Positions 22,096 to 33,680 of a DNA stretch of 64,000 nt are shown here, one piece after another; positions within the stretch are counted from its first letter, which is position 1; each line of letters opens with the position of its first letter. Made by a program: the position numbers and the translations under genes. The notes beneath the pieces were generated by a model. It saw only the letters and a list, made by a program, of their open reading frames with translations. It was not told the origin of the DNA and did no database searches. This DNA is from a virus: positions 5,874 through 69,873 of the IMG/VR virus record IMGVR_UViG_3300021399_000007; one strand, 5' to 3'.

Positions 22096-22848
22096 ATGTC
22101 GAAAATAATAGATATGACTGGTGCTAAAATTAATTATTTAACTGTTATTGAAAGAGGTCCAAATACAGCAGATGGCCGAGCTCAATGGCTGTGTTAGTGT
22201 AAGTGTGGTAATAAAAAATTAATTAAAGGAAAAGATTTGCGAAGCGGAAGAGTTAAAAGCTGCGGATGTTTACAAAAATAGCGAGCCAGTGAAGTAAATA
22301 CTATAAATGAAGTAGGTAATCAATATGGATTTTTAACAGTATTACGGCGAGCTACAAAAGAAGAAGCTCCAAAAAGTAATCAAAGAAATGTTTTTTGGGT
22401 TTGTTCTTGTTTGAATTGTGGAAACCCCTATTTTATTGCGGATGCTCATTCTTTAAGAACTGGACGATTAAATAGTTGCGGTTGTTTAATTAGCAAAAAT
22501 GAAACTAAAATTAAACAATTACTAACAAAAAATAATGTTTCTTTTGAAACCCAAAAAACTTTTAATAATTTATTAGATAAACAAAAATTAAGTTTTGACT
22601 TTTATATAAACAATCAATATATAATAGAATTTGATGGTAAACAACATTTTATTCAAGATAGTGGTTGGAGTAATAGAGAAAAGTTAGAATATACTCATAA
22701 TCATGATTTAATAAAAAATAGATATTGTTTTGAACATAACATTCCATTAATTAGGATACCATATAATGCAGAATATACTTTTGAAGATTTAAAACTAGAA
22801 ACTACAAGATTTCTTTTAACTCCAGAGAATGAAGAAAAATATTATTAG
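22096..22848 (+). CDS. Putative free-standing homing endonuclease (repeated Zn-binding C..C..GN/SCGC modules + C-terminal EFDG..H nuclease-like domain), 2 in-frame TAG
   Basis: Repeats KINYLTVIER...WLC(TAG)CKCGN...KSCGC and FWVCSCLNCGN...NSCGC. C-terminal IIEFDGKQHF...HN. TAGs at ~22197 and ~22280. Confidence 0.45.
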
Positions 22849-23131
22849 AAAGGAGAATGATATGAAATATATTCAAACTAAATTTTGCAAAGGAACTTTT
22901 ATTCTTGAAAAACATATTAATTTAAATAATTTTTTAAATGAAGATGAGCAAAAAAGATTTTATGATTTAAAAAATACTGATGAAAATGAAATGTCTGATG
23001 AAGATTTTGAATGGTATGAAGATGTTTTAAATAGAATTAAAGAAGAATCTGATTTTGTTGAATCAGAAGTAGTTTCTTATGAAGTTGATGACTGGGAAGA
23101 ATATGATGATGAAAATTATTTAATGGAGTAA
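22829..23131 (+). CDS. acidic hypothetical protein
   Basis: D/E-rich ORF. Confidence 0.4.
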   Translation: MKKNIIRKENDMKYIQTKFCKGTFILEKHINLNNFLNEDEQKRFYDLKNTDENEMSDEDFEWYEDVLNRIKEESDFVESEVVSYEVDDWEEYDDENYLME

Positions 23132-23135
23132 AAAA

Positions 23136-23318
23136 ATGCAAGATGTAATTATATTTATTAATAAAATGAAAGTTGTATTTAATCTTCTTCCAGATGAAGA
23201 AATAGATACTTATAATAATATTTATAATGAATCAACAGAAGAGTTTATAACTTGGATTAATAGAAAATATGAAGAGTATATGAATATTATAAATAAATTG
23301 AATGAGGTTCCAAATTAA
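23136..23318 (+). CDS. hypothetical protein
   Basis: Short ORF. Confidence 0.3.
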   Translation: MQDVIIFINKMKVVFNLLPDEEIDTYNNIYNESTEEFITWINRKYEEYMNIINKLNEVPN

Positions 23319-23320
23319 AA

Positions 23321-23704
23321 ATGTTTTTTAATAAATATAAAAAGAAAATTGAATCTTTAGAGAGAGACTTGGCTTTTTGGCAAAAAAGTTGCAATGAACT
23401 TCAAAAAACAATTGACGAATTAAAAGAAGAAAATAATACTTTAAAAAATAGTAATACCACATTAAATAATTAGGTAATTAAAATAAACAAACTTTCTCAA
23501 GAAAATGAAATAATGAAAAAATATTATAAATTAAATGAAGAACCTTCTTCTGACGTTCAGGCAAAAGTATTAGTAGATTTAAGACTGCACGATATGGAAT
23601 TTAAAATACTTCAAGAAAAATTAAGTAATTGTCAACAACAATTATCACTTAATCAAAGGTTACTATCATTACCTTATTATCCTATATATCAGAGATATTA
23701 TTAA
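23321..23704 (+). CDS. coiled-coil protein (1 in-frame TAG)
   Basis: Leucine-zipper-like heptads. TAG at ~23470 joins it to track ORF 23513..23704. Confidence 0.4.
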
Positions 23705-24147
23705 TGAAAATATATACCTCATATTTTTATCAAATTCGCAATTTTAAACAAAATATGGTACCAGTTTCAACTTGTTTATCAGATCCAGAATGGTTTAAAC
23801 CACCAATCGGAAAAGAATATTATATAGATAAGAGAGGTATTATATGCGGCCTTCGCTATAAACCTCTTATAGTCCAGTCCCAAGGAACACATTATTGTCC
23901 CTGTGAAGAAAAAGAAATATTAAAAGGTAATTGCCCTACAATGAAGGAATATAGACAATTACTTGAAACTGTTGATTTTGATAAAATGATAAAAGCATTT
24001 GAATTTTGTTTAAATAAATTTCATAAAGATACTATTGTTTTAATAGTTTATGAAGCATCAAATAATCCATGTAGTGAAAGAAAGAACTTACAGGAGTATT
24101 TTAACAATCATGAAATAGAATGTAAAGAATTAGAATATCCAATATAA
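23704..24147 (+). CDS. hypothetical protein
   Basis: ORF overlapping the previous stop. Confidence 0.45.
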   Translation: MKIYTSYFYQIRNFKQNMVPVSTCLSDPEWFKPPIGKEYYIDKRGIICGLRYKPLIVQSQGTHYCPCEEKEILKGNCPTMKEYRQLLETVDFDKMIKAFEFCLNKFHKDTIVLIVYEASNNPCSERKNLQEYFNNHEIECKELEYPI

Positions 24148-24417
24148 TATTAAAACAATAATAATAAAAGACAAATATAATACAGGAAAAGAATTATTAA
24201 ATTATATTCTAAAAGAAAAATATAAAAACAATATTAATTTTATAAAAATTACACAAGATAATTTTAAACTATTAGATTAGGAACATTTAATAATAAAATG
24301 GACAGAAAATTATCCTGGAGCAATTTATTATCATACTACAGTTGCAGGGTTACCAATAAAAATTATTTAATAAAAAAAATTTGACAAACTCAAAAATTTT
24401 TTGTATAATATAATTGT

Positions 24418-24575
24418 AAGAAATAAATATGCAGAAAGAGAGGTACGGTCCAATGGGCTAAACAATTTTTGTAACCCGTGAATTAATGTAATTATGGAGG
24501 GTACTCCAATGGACAATGTAGCTTAAATATTTATTCTTTAACCGAGTCAAGCGAGGCAACTCGCTTGACTTTTTT
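24418..24575 (+). ncRNA. Candidate small non-coding RNA between a promoter (TGTATAATATAATTG) and an intrinsic terminator (GTCAAGCGAG..CTCGCTTGAC + T-run)
   Basis: No ORF. Internal direct repeat GGTACGGTCCAATGG / GGTACTCCAATGG. Strong terminator hairpin at 24541-24580. Confidence 0.25.
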
Positions 24576-24763
24576 ATTTATTTATTGTATAATATAAATA
24601 TATAATATAATCATTGGAGAATGAGAATAATGATGAAAAAATTATTAATAAATATTTTAACAGAAGAATATGAATTAAATCTTTTTGAAAGCGAAAAAAT
24701 TATTGAAAAATTATTTTATATTTTAGAAAATGATTTATTAAAATGGAATAAAATAGAATGTAA

Positions 24764-27700
24764 ATGGGAGATAATTTAATGAAAAGATTTGAACCTCACT
24801 CTCACTCTGAATTTTCGAATATACGATTATTAGATTGTATTAATAAAATTCCAGCTCTTATTGATAGAGCAATAGAAATAGGTTTATGTGGAATTGCATT
24901 AACAGATCATGAATGTCTGAGCGGGCATCCCGAAGCTAATTTTTATGCTCAGGATATTTTAAAAGGTCATCCAGATTTTAAAGTAGCATTAGGTAATGAA
25001 ATATATTTAACACCCAATAGAGAGATGGGCCAGAAATATTATCATTTTATTTTAATAGCAAAAAATAAAACTGGATTTAGAGCATTAAAAGAATTATCTT
25101 CAAGAGCATGGATGAATAGTTATTGGGATCGCGGTCTTGAAAGAGTCCCAACAATTTATAATGAACTTGAAGAAATTGTTAATAAATATCCTAATAGTTT
25201 AATTGCAACAACTGCATGTATTGGCGGACAAGTATCTTCTCAAGTTTTAAATTTAATTAAAGCTGAAAAACATGAAGATACTGCGGGAATTACTGAGGCA
25301 CATAATAATATTGTAAATTTTATTTTATGGTGTAAAAAATTATTTGGAGAAGATTTTTATATTGAATGTGCGCCAGGTCAATCAAGTGAACAAATTGCGG
25401 TTAATAAACGTCTTAAGGCTGTGGCCGCCGCATTTAAATGTAAAATGGTTCTTGGCTCAGATGCTCATTATCTGACAAAAGAAGATAGATTTGTTCATAA
25501 AGCATATCTTAATTCAAAAGGGGGAGAACGTGAGGTTGATGCGTTTTATGAATATGCTTATCTTCAAGATGAAAATGATATAAAAGAAAATATTGCACCA
25601 TCTGAACTAAATTATGATGAATTAGTAAATAATTCATATGAAATTTATAATAAAATTGAAAATTATAGTATTGCACATAAACAAACTATTCCAAAAGTAC
25701 CAGTTAAAAATTATAAAAAAGTACCTGCTTCAGAATATTGGCATCAACACTATCCTACATTAGCTTCAATGTTTGAATCAGAAGATATATATGAAAAATA
25801 TTGGGTACATCAGTGTGTTGATAAATTAAATGAAATGTTCGATCATAATAATTATAACCATGAACAAGTAGACCCTTATTATGAAAGACTTGAAGAAGAA
25901 GCAGATATTAAAAAAACTATTAGTGAAAAACTTGAAACTAATATGTTTCGTTATCCTATTACTCTTCAACATTATGTTGATCTCTTTTGGGAGTGCGGTA
26001 GCACAGTTGGCGCAGGCCGTGGTTCATCTTGTTCAGGCTTAAATCATTATTTATTAGGTGTAACTCAGTTGGATCCCATTAAATGGAATCTTCCATTCTG
26101 GCGTTATCTTAATAAAGAGCGTATTGAGCTTGGCGATATTGATCTTGATCTTTGTCCGTCAAAACGTCCATTAATTCTTCAAAAGATAAAAGAAGAAAGA
26201 GGACAGTATTTTTATGATAATATTGATGATTTAAGTAGAAAAAATCTTGGTTGTACATTAATTGCAACTTTTGGAACTGAAGGAACAAAATCGGCGGTAT
26301 TGACAGCATGTCGTGGTTATCGCTCAGAAGATTTTCCAGATGGGATTGATGTTGATACAGGTCAGTATTTATCTTCATTAATACCTAGTGAAAGAGGATT
26401 TCTTTGGCCGCTTAAAGATGTTGTTTATGGAAACAAAGATAAAGATAGAAAACCAATTACCCCATTTATCACAGAAATAAATCAGTATCCTGGCCTTTTG
26501 GATATTGCAATGGCAATCGAAGGATTAATTAATAAAAGAAGTAGTCATGCTTCTGGTGTTATTCTTTTTGATGAAGATCCATATGAATTTGGATGTTTTA
26601 TGAAAACTCCAAAAGGTGAAATTATTACTCAATGGGATCTTCATAAATGTGAAGCATGCGGCATGACAAAATATGACTTCTTAGTAACAGAAGTGCAAGA
26701 TAAAATTGTTGAAACTATTAGACTTCTTCAAAAATATAATAAAATTGATAACAATTTGACATTAAGGGAAGTATACAATAAATATCTTCACCCAGAAGTT
26801 CTTCCTTTGAATGATGAAACTATATGGAAAGCATTACAGGAAAATAGTGTTTTAAATATTTTTCAGTTTGATTCAGATGTTGGTTCTCAGGCTGCAAAAA
26901 AAATTAAACCAACGAATATCATGGAAATGGCGGATGCCAATGGTTTGATGCGTCTTATGACCGCAGAAAAAGGCGCAGAAACACCAATGGAAAAATATAT
27001 TCGTTATAAAAATAATTTATCATTATGGTACCAAGAGATGGATCGAGTTGGTTTAACAAAAGAAGAACAAACTGCGATTGAACCATATTTTAAACAATCT
27101 TATGGAGTACCTCCATCTCAGGAGCAGTTGATGCGAATGTTAATGGATGATAAAATCTGCGGTTTCTCTCTTAAAGAAGCAAACACCGCACGTAAGATTG
27201 TTGGTAAAAAACAAATGGCAAAAATTCCAGAATTACATCAACAAATTTTGGATAAGGCAACAAGTCCTGCTCTTGGTAAATATATTTGGGAATGTGGTGT
27301 TGGACCTCAGATGGGGTATTCATTTTCAATTATTCACGCTCTTGCATATTCATTTATCGGAGCACAAACAATTTATATTGCAACTCATTGGAATCCAATT
27401 TATTGGAATACAGCTTGTCTTATTGTTAATAGCGCATCTCTTGAAAATGAAGAAGATGATGATGACGATGGAAACACAAAAGACAAATCAACTGATTATT
27501 CAAAGTTAGCAAAAGCTATCGGAGATATAACATCAAGAGGAATTAAGGTATCTTTAATTGATATTAATAAATCTGGTTTTAGTTTTGAACCAGACGAGCC
27601 AAATAATGAAATTTTGTTTGGATTAAAAGGTGTTAATAAAATTGGTGGGCCAGTAATTGATCAAATTATTAGCGGCCGCCCATATACAGGAATTATTGAT

Positions 27701-28720
27701 TTTATGAATAGATGTCCATTAAATAAAACTCAAATGATATCTTTGATTAAATCAGGAGCCTTTGATAAGATTGATAATAAATGGGCATCAGAAATTTGTA
27801 AAGAAAATCCGAGATATGCAATTATGGCATATTATATATCATTAGTTTGTGATCCAAAGAAGCGATTAACTTTACAGAATTTTAATGGATTATTAAAAAG
27901 TGGTTTAGTACCAGAAGAATTAAATAAACAAAAACAAGTATTTGTATTTAATAAATTCCTTAAAGATAATAAAAAAGTTGGTAAATATTATGTATTTGAC
28001 GAAGGTTCATTAAATTTTTATTCACAATATTATGATTTAAATGAACTTGATATTATTAATGGAATTACTTGTATTCTCCAAACTAAATGGGATAAAATCT
28101 ATCAAAAAGAAATGGATGAAGCAAGAAACTGGTTAAAAGAAAATCAAGATGAAGTATTAAATCAATATAATAATTTATTATTTAATGAAACATGGAATAA
28201 ATATGCAACTGGAAATATTTCTGCATGGGAAATGGAAAGTTTGTGTTTTTATTATCATGAACATGAATTATCTAATATTGATAAATATAAGTATGGAATT
28301 GTTGATTTTTCAACTTTATCATATGAGCCTGAAGTAGATTATTTCTTTAAAAGAGCGGGTAGAGATATTCCAATCTTTAAATTATATAAAATCGCAGGAA
28401 CTATTATTAGTAAAAATAATACTAAAGCATCCGTTGCAATTTTAACAACAGATGGGGTTGTTAATGTAAAATTTACCAAAGAATATTATGCGATGTATAA
28501 TCGTCAGATTTCTGAAGTACAGACAGATGGTAGCAAAAAAGTTCTTGAAAAAGGATGGTTCTCTCGCGGAACTAAAATTATGGTAACTGGTTATAGAAGA
28601 GAAGATACTTTTGTAGCAAAAACTTATAAAGCAACTTCTACACATCAGTTATACCGAATTATAAATATTGAAGGTAAAAATATTACATTAGAGCATGAAA
28701 GGGTAAATTTAAATGGATAA
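24764..28720 (+). CDS. DNA polymerase III alpha subunit (PHP domain, DnaE/PolC-type replicative polymerase)
   Basis: 1318 aa. N-terminal PHP metal-binding HSHSEFS...DH. Pol III alpha-sized. Confidence 0.8.
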   Translation: MGDNLMKRFEPHSHSEFSNIRLLDCINKIPALIDRAIEIGLCGIALTDHECLSGHPEANFYAQDILKGHPDFKVALGNEIYLTPNREMGQKYYHFILIAKNKTGFRALKELSSRAWMNSYWDRGLERVPTIYNELEEIVNKYPNSLIATTACIGGQVSSQVLNLIKAEKHEDTAGITEAHNNIVNFILWCKKLFGEDFYIECAPGQSSEQIAVNKRLKAVAAAFKCKMVLGSDAHYLTKEDRFVHKAYLNSKGGEREVDAFYEYAYLQDENDIKENIAPSELNYDELVNNSYEIYNKIENYSIAHKQTIPKVPVKNYKKVPASEYWHQHYPTLASMFESEDIYEKYWVHQCVDKLNEMFDHNNYNHEQVDPYYERLEEEADIKKTISEKLETNMFRYPITLQHYVDLFWECGSTVGAGRGSSCSGLNHYLLGVTQLDPIKWNLPFWRYLNKERIELGDIDLDLCPSKRPLILQKIKEERGQYFYDNIDDLSRKNLGCTLIATFGTEGTKSAVLTACRGYRSEDFPDGIDVDTGQYLSSLIPSERGFLWPLKDVVYGNKDKDRKPITPFITEINQYPGLLDIAMAIEGLINKRSSHASGVILFDEDPYEFGCFMKTPKGEIITQWDLHKCEACGMTKYDFLVTEVQDKIVETIRLLQKYNKIDNNLTLREVYNKYLHPEVLPLNDETIWKALQENSVLNIFQFDSDVGSQAAKKIKPTNIMEMADANGLMRLMTAEKGAETPMEKYIRYKNNLSLWYQEMDRVGLTKEEQTAIEPYFKQSYGVPPSQEQLMRMLMDDKICGFSLKEANTARKIVGKKQMAKIPELHQQILDKATSPALGKYIWECGVGPQMGYSFSIIHALAYSFIGAQTIYIATHWNPIYWNTACLIVNSASLENEEDDDDDGNTKDKSTDYSKLAKAIGDITSRGIKVSLIDINKSGFSFEPDEPNNEILFGLKGVNKIGGPVIDQIISGRPYTGIIDFMNRCPLNKTQMISLIKSGAFDKIDNKWASEICKENPRYAIMAYYISLVCDPKKRLTLQNFNGLLKSGLVPEELNKQKQVFVFNKFLKDNKKVGKYYVFDEGSLNFYSQYYDLNELDIINGITCILQTKWDKIYQKEMDEARNWLKENQDEVLNQYNNLLFNETWNKYATGNISAWEMESLCFYYHEHELSNIDKYKYGIVDFSTLSYEPEVDYFFKRAGRDIPIFKLYKIAGTIISKNNTKASVAILTTDGVVNVKFTKEYYAMYNRQISEVQTDGSKKVLEKGWFSRGTKIMVTGYRREDTFVAKTYKATSTHQLYRIINIEGKNITLEHERVNLNG

Positions 28721-29288
28721 AATTAAACTTCTTGCTTTGTTCGGTGAATCCAGCGCTGGAAAAGATTCAATCCAGCGTTGGCTTGGACAAAGATTAAAAA
28801 ATGCACATAATATAGTATCATATACAACACGCCCACCACGAGATTATGAAATAGAAGGTCGTGAATATCATTTTATATCTGATATTAAATTTAAAACCTT
28901 AATTGAAAATAATAAAATGCTTGAACATACAAAATTTAATAATTGGTATTATGGTACTTATATTAATGAATTAGATAAAAATAAAATTAATATAGGAGTT
29001 TTTAATCCTGAGGGAGTTCGTAATATTATTCTTTCTTATCATCAATATATTGATATACTTCCAGTATGGATTAAGACTCCAGAAAAGACTCGTTTATTAA
29101 GATCACTCAAAAGAGAAAAAAATCCAGACTGCACTGAAATTTGTCGTCGTTTCTTGGCTGATCAAAAAGATTTTTCAAATATTGATTTTGATTATGAAAT
29201 TTTTTTAAATGATGACAGTAATAATGAAGATTATTATGGATTTTTAAATATACCAAAAATTTCTGCTTTTATAAAAGGACAAAATTAA
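28713..29288 (+). CDS. Guanylate kinase-like nucleoside monophosphate kinase
   Basis: P-loop GESSAGKDS and GMP-kinase signature YTTRPPRDYEIEGREYHFIS. Confidence 0.6.
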   Translation: MDKIKLLALFGESSAGKDSIQRWLGQRLKNAHNIVSYTTRPPRDYEIEGREYHFISDIKFKTLIENNKMLEHTKFNNWYYGTYINELDKNKINIGVFNPEGVRNIILSYHQYIDILPVWIKTPEKTRLLRSLKREKNPDCTEICRRFLADQKDFSNIDFDYEIFLNDDSNNEDYYGFLNIPKISAFIKGQN

Positions 29289-29360
29289 TTAATTTATATA
29301 AGCAAATTTTAAATAATATAGTAACCCTAAAAATATTTTATCTAATTAGGAGAGGATGTA

Positions 29361-31647
29361 TATGATTTATGTAATCAAAAGAGATGGCAGAAAAATGCCA
29401 TTCAACACAGAAAAAATAAAAAATGCAATTTTGAAAGCCTTTAAAGCAGTAGATGGTTAGATTTCAGATTATGCAGAAACTAAAGCAGAAAATATTGCTA
29501 ACTATATTGAAGGTTACTGCGAAGAAGAACTTGAACCATTATCTATTGAAGAAATTCAAGATTTAGTAGAAAATGGTTTGATGTCAACAAAACGAAAAGA
29601 CGTTGCTAAAGCCTACATCAAATATCGTGAAAATCGCACAAGAGAAAGAAATTGGAATAATAACATGATGCGGGCAGCGCAAGAAAAACTCACCGGATCC
29701 CGTATCGATAATCAAAATGCTAATGTCGATGAACATTCATTTGGCGGGCGTCGTGGAGAATTTGATTCTGTTATTTCTAAACAATATGCTTTAGATAACT
29801 GTATGTCAAAGATGTCACGAGAAAATCATTTAAATAATGAAATTTATATTCATGATTTAGATGCATATGCGGTTGGTATGCACAACTGTCTTAGTATGCC
29901 ATTGGATGATTTGCTTGCAAATGGTTTCAACACTCGTCAAACGGATGTAAGACCCGCAAATTCAATTAATACAGCTTTTCAATTAGTTGCTGTTTTATTT
30001 CAGCTTCAAAGTTTACAACAATTTGGCGGAGTTTCAGCAACCCATCTCGACTGGACAATGGTTCCATATGTAAGAAAATCATTTTTCAAACATCTTAAGG
30101 ATGGTTGTCAATACATATTAAAAATAAATTTTGATAAATATGAAACAGTTTTTAATGGAACTGATCCAATAGATTTTGAAGGATATAAAACATTTCATGA
30201 AGCATATGATTATGCAATGGACATGACAAAAAAAGAATTAGAGCAAGCAGTTGAAGGAATGTATCATAATCTTAATACTTTACAAAGTAGAAGCGGAAAT
30301 CAGCTTCCTTTTACATCAATAAATTACGGGACCTGCACACTTCCTGAAGGGCGTATGGTTATTAAAGCCATATTAGAAGGTAGTATTAAAGGTGTTGGTA
30401 AATTTCATAAAACTCCAATCTTCCCTTGTGGTATTTTTCAAGTAATGAGCGGAGTCAATAAAGAGCCAGGAACACCAAATTATGATTTATTTAGATTAGC
30501 TCTTGAATCAACAGCAAAAAGATTATATCCAAATTATGCTAATGTTGATTGGAGCGGAAATGCTGGTTATGACCGGAATGATCCAACTACATATTTTTCA
30601 ACAATGGGATGTCGTACAGCCAATGGTTTCGATATAAATGCAGACCCAGGCGTAAATCCGCAACGAAAAGATGGACGCGGCAATATTTGTCCTGTAACTA
30701 TTATTCTTCCTACTATTGCAATGGAAGCAAAAAATGCTTCTGATGATTGGATTAAACAAAGTGAATTATTACATGGAGAATGGGCAGGTATTCAATCTGA
30801 ACTTTATATAGATAAGTTTATGACACTTTTGGATAAAAAAATCCACGAAGCTAAAGATATGCTTCTTGAAAGATTTGAATATATTTGTTCGCAAGACCCA
30901 TCTTCTGCAAAATTTATGTGGGAAAATCATACTATGTTAGGTTATAAACCAGAAGAAGGAATTCGTTCTGCCCTTAAACATGGCACAATAGTAATTGGTC
31001 AATTAGGTCTTGCAGAATGTTTACAAATTCTTATTGGTAAGGATCATACAACAGAAGAAGGTATGGAATTAGCTAAACACATAGAACAATTATTTAAAAA
31101 TAGATGCGCCGAATTTAAGCAGCAATATAAACTTAATTTTGGTGTTTATTATACTCCTGCCGAGAATCTTTGTTATACAGCGATGAAAAAATTCCAAGAT
31201 AAATATGGAAAAATTCCAAATGTAAGTGATAAAGAATTTTTCACTAATAGTATGCATGTTCCAGTTTGGAAAGAAATTGATCCGTTTACAAAGATTGATA
31301 TTGAAAGTCAGCTAACTGGATATTCTTCTGCGGGGTGTATTACTTATGTAGAATTAGACAGCGGAATTTTACATAATATTGATGCATTAGAACAAATTGT
31401 AAATTATGCTATGGATAAAGATATTCCATATTTTGCATTAAATATTCCAAATGATTTATGTTTAAATTGCGGTTACACTGGAGAAATCAATGACGAATGT
31501 CCTATGTGTAAAAGCAAAAATATCCAAAGACTTCGTAGAGTAACTGGTTATTTAACAGGAGATTATAAGACCGCATTTAATCTTGGGAAACAGCAAGAGA
31601 CAGAAATGAGATTTAAACATTCAACATTATTAAGAGGATATAAATAA
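29361..31647 (+). CDS. nrdD: Anaerobic ribonucleoside-triphosphate reductase NrdD with N-terminal ATP-cone (1 in-frame TAG at ~29457)
   Basis: ATP-cone (MIYVIKRDGRKMPFNTEKI) upstream. Glycyl-radical motif RRVTGYL and a C-terminal Cys4 Zn site. TAG joins the ATP-cone to track ORF 29578..31647. Confidence 0.85.
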
Positions 31648-31649
31648 AA

Positions 31650-32210
31650 ATGATAACAAATATTAAAAAATCTATTTTAGCAGGTATTCTTATTGGATTA
31701 GGTGTTTTAATTAATTCTCAATCAGATTATCCGCCTTTAGGAGCATTATTATTTAGTTTTGGGCTATTAACTATAATTCAAATGCAACTAAATTTATATA
31801 CTGGTAAAATTGGTTATTTCACTCAAATGCACGAATGGAAATTTTTAATTACCGTACTATTATTTAATTGCATTGGAATTGCGGCGACCGTAGGTTTATA
31901 TGCACTCGGTAACCAGAACTATTCAAGTATTATATCTGCGGCTGCCGCTACAAAATTCGCAAAACCCGCATTAACGTTATTTATTAACGCCTGCTTTTGT
32001 GGGGCACTAATTCATTTTGCTGTAAAAAATAAAATAACTATATTAACAATTTTTGCAGTTATGATTTTCATCCTTATCGGAGCAGAACACTGTATAGCTG
32101 ATTTCCCATACCTTTTATTCAATTTATCTCCTATTAATATTTTAAAATTTATTGCAATTATTTTTGGTAATTCAATAGGCGCAATATTAATTGAAAGGTT
32201 AAATAAATAA
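31650..32210 (+). CDS. integral membrane protein (about 6 TM)
   Basis: Hydrophobic throughout. Sits between nrdD and nrdG. Confidence 0.4.
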   Translation: MITNIKKSILAGILIGLGVLINSQSDYPPLGALLFSFGLLTIIQMQLNLYTGKIGYFTQMHEWKFLITVLLFNCIGIAATVGLYALGNQNYSSIISAAAATKFAKPALTLFINACFCGALIHFAVKNKITILTIFAVMIFILIGAEHCIADFPYLLFNLSPINILKFIAIIFGNSIGAILIERLNK

Positions 32211-32212
32211 AA

Positions 32213-32698
32213 ATGGATAGATATGCAGGTTTAATAACTAATGATTTTGCAAATGGAGTTGGCACTTGCGTCTCATTTTGGACGCAAGGCTGCCCGCACC
32301 GCTGTCCTGGTTGTCAAAACCCATAGACATGGGATTTTAAAGGTGGAAAAGAAATTCCCACAGATATACGAGGACAAATTATTAAAGCTATTTGTGCAAA
32401 TGATATTATAAGAAATTTTTCAGTCTTGGGCGGAGAGCCTTTATGTGAAGAAAATTTAGATGAAGTTGAAAAAATTATTACAGCAGTAAGAACTGCTTAT
32501 CCGCACATAAAAATTTTTGTATGGACTGGTTATACTTTAGAAGAGTTGTTAGAAAAATAGGATGAAAAAATTAATAGTATTTTATCTCAAATTGATATTT
32601 TAATAGATGGTCGTTTTATTCAAGAGGAAAGAGATATTACTCTTGAATTAAGAGGAAGTAAAAATCAACGAGTCTTATATCGAGGAATTGATTTTTAA
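32213..32698 (+). CDS. nrdG: Anaerobic ribonucleotide reductase activating protein NrdG (radical SAM), 2 in-frame TAG
   Basis: CPHRCPGC radical-SAM cluster motif and GGEP motif. TAGs at ~32318 and ~32558. No ORF appears in the track because of the TAG interruptions. Confidence 0.7.
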
Positions 32699-32739
32699 TA
32701 AAATTTTTTATATAATATATATAACAAAGGAGATTTCTA

Positions 32740-33138
32740 ATGAATAAAAATGATACACATGATGTTTCATTAGGAACATTATATGATTTTAATAAGCAAC
32801 TAATTTTGAAACAGGGTGAAATTAGCAAAACCAAACTTAAAACAATTAAACCTAAATTAGAAGAGTGGTTTAATTGGCAAATTGATGGATATGCTATGTT
32901 GCTTTGCCGCGAAAGATATGATTTTACAGTATTTCATCTGTATGAAAAACAAAATCCCAATCCACCAAGAGTTGCAGTAACAGAACTAATTGATCTGCTT
33001 AAAAATAGAGGAAAAATTCTTTCTATCGAAAAAGACTCCAATACATTAAATAATGCTTGGGAAATCTGGCTTGAAATTGACGGAGAAGCCTTCGCTTATT
33101 ACTTATTTAATTGTGATGATTGGGTTATTCAATGCTAA
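32740..33138 (+). CDS. hypothetical protein
   Basis: ORF with an RBS AAAGGAG. Confidence 0.4.
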   Translation: MNKNDTHDVSLGTLYDFNKQLILKQGEISKTKLKTIKPKLEEWFNWQIDGYAMLLCRERYDFTVFHLYEKQNPNPPRVAVTELIDLLKNRGKILSIEKDSNTLNNAWEIWLEIDGEAFAYYLFNCDDWVIQC

Positions 33139-33155
33139 AAAGGAGGATATAAGAT

Positions 33156-33416
33156 ATGAAAAAAATTATTGGAATTATCCATCCTTTTGATATGTATCAA
33201 ACTTTTTATGTTTACGAAGATGGTAATAAACTTGAAACCATTCAAACTAGAGTAAAAGACATTCCAGATACAATATTTGAGTTATCTCGTGCATATAATA
33301 CTTATCAAGTTGATTTATCTGGTGCAGAACATTTTACTGAAGGTATTATAAAACAAATTCAAGAAAAAGAAAATACTAAATACAATGAACATAAATTAAC
33401 TATTAAATGTATTTAA
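33156..33416 (+). CDS. hypothetical protein
   Basis: ORF with an RBS AAGGAGG. Confidence 0.4.
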   Translation: MKKIIGIIHPFDMYQTFYVYEDGNKLETIQTRVKDIPDTIFELSRAYNTYQVDLSGAEHFTEGIIKQIQEKENTKYNEHKLTIKCI

Positions 33417-33433
33417 AATAAAGGAGATTAACA

Positions 33434-33679
33434 ATGGCAAAATATCTAATTAGTACAATAGAAACTTATAGAGTAGATACAGAAGCTGAAGCAACAAAAG
33501 CAATCGAAGAAGCAAAAAATGATAGTGCTTATACTTTAGGTAAATATATTAGTGAACATAAAGAGCGAAAATCAAAAGGCGAAATTGTTGATGAATATTG
33601 GAAACTTTCTTTGACCAAAATATTTAATGATATTAAAGAGCCTGAATCTATTATAACAATTAATTATGAGGTAGAATAA
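33434..33679 (+). CDS. hypothetical protein
   Basis: ORF with an RBS AAGGAG. Confidence 0.4.
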   Translation: MAKYLISTIETYRVDTEAEATKAIEEAKNDSAYTLGKYISEHKERKSKGEIVDEYWKLSLTKIFNDIKEPESIITINYEVE

Positions 33680-33680
33680 T

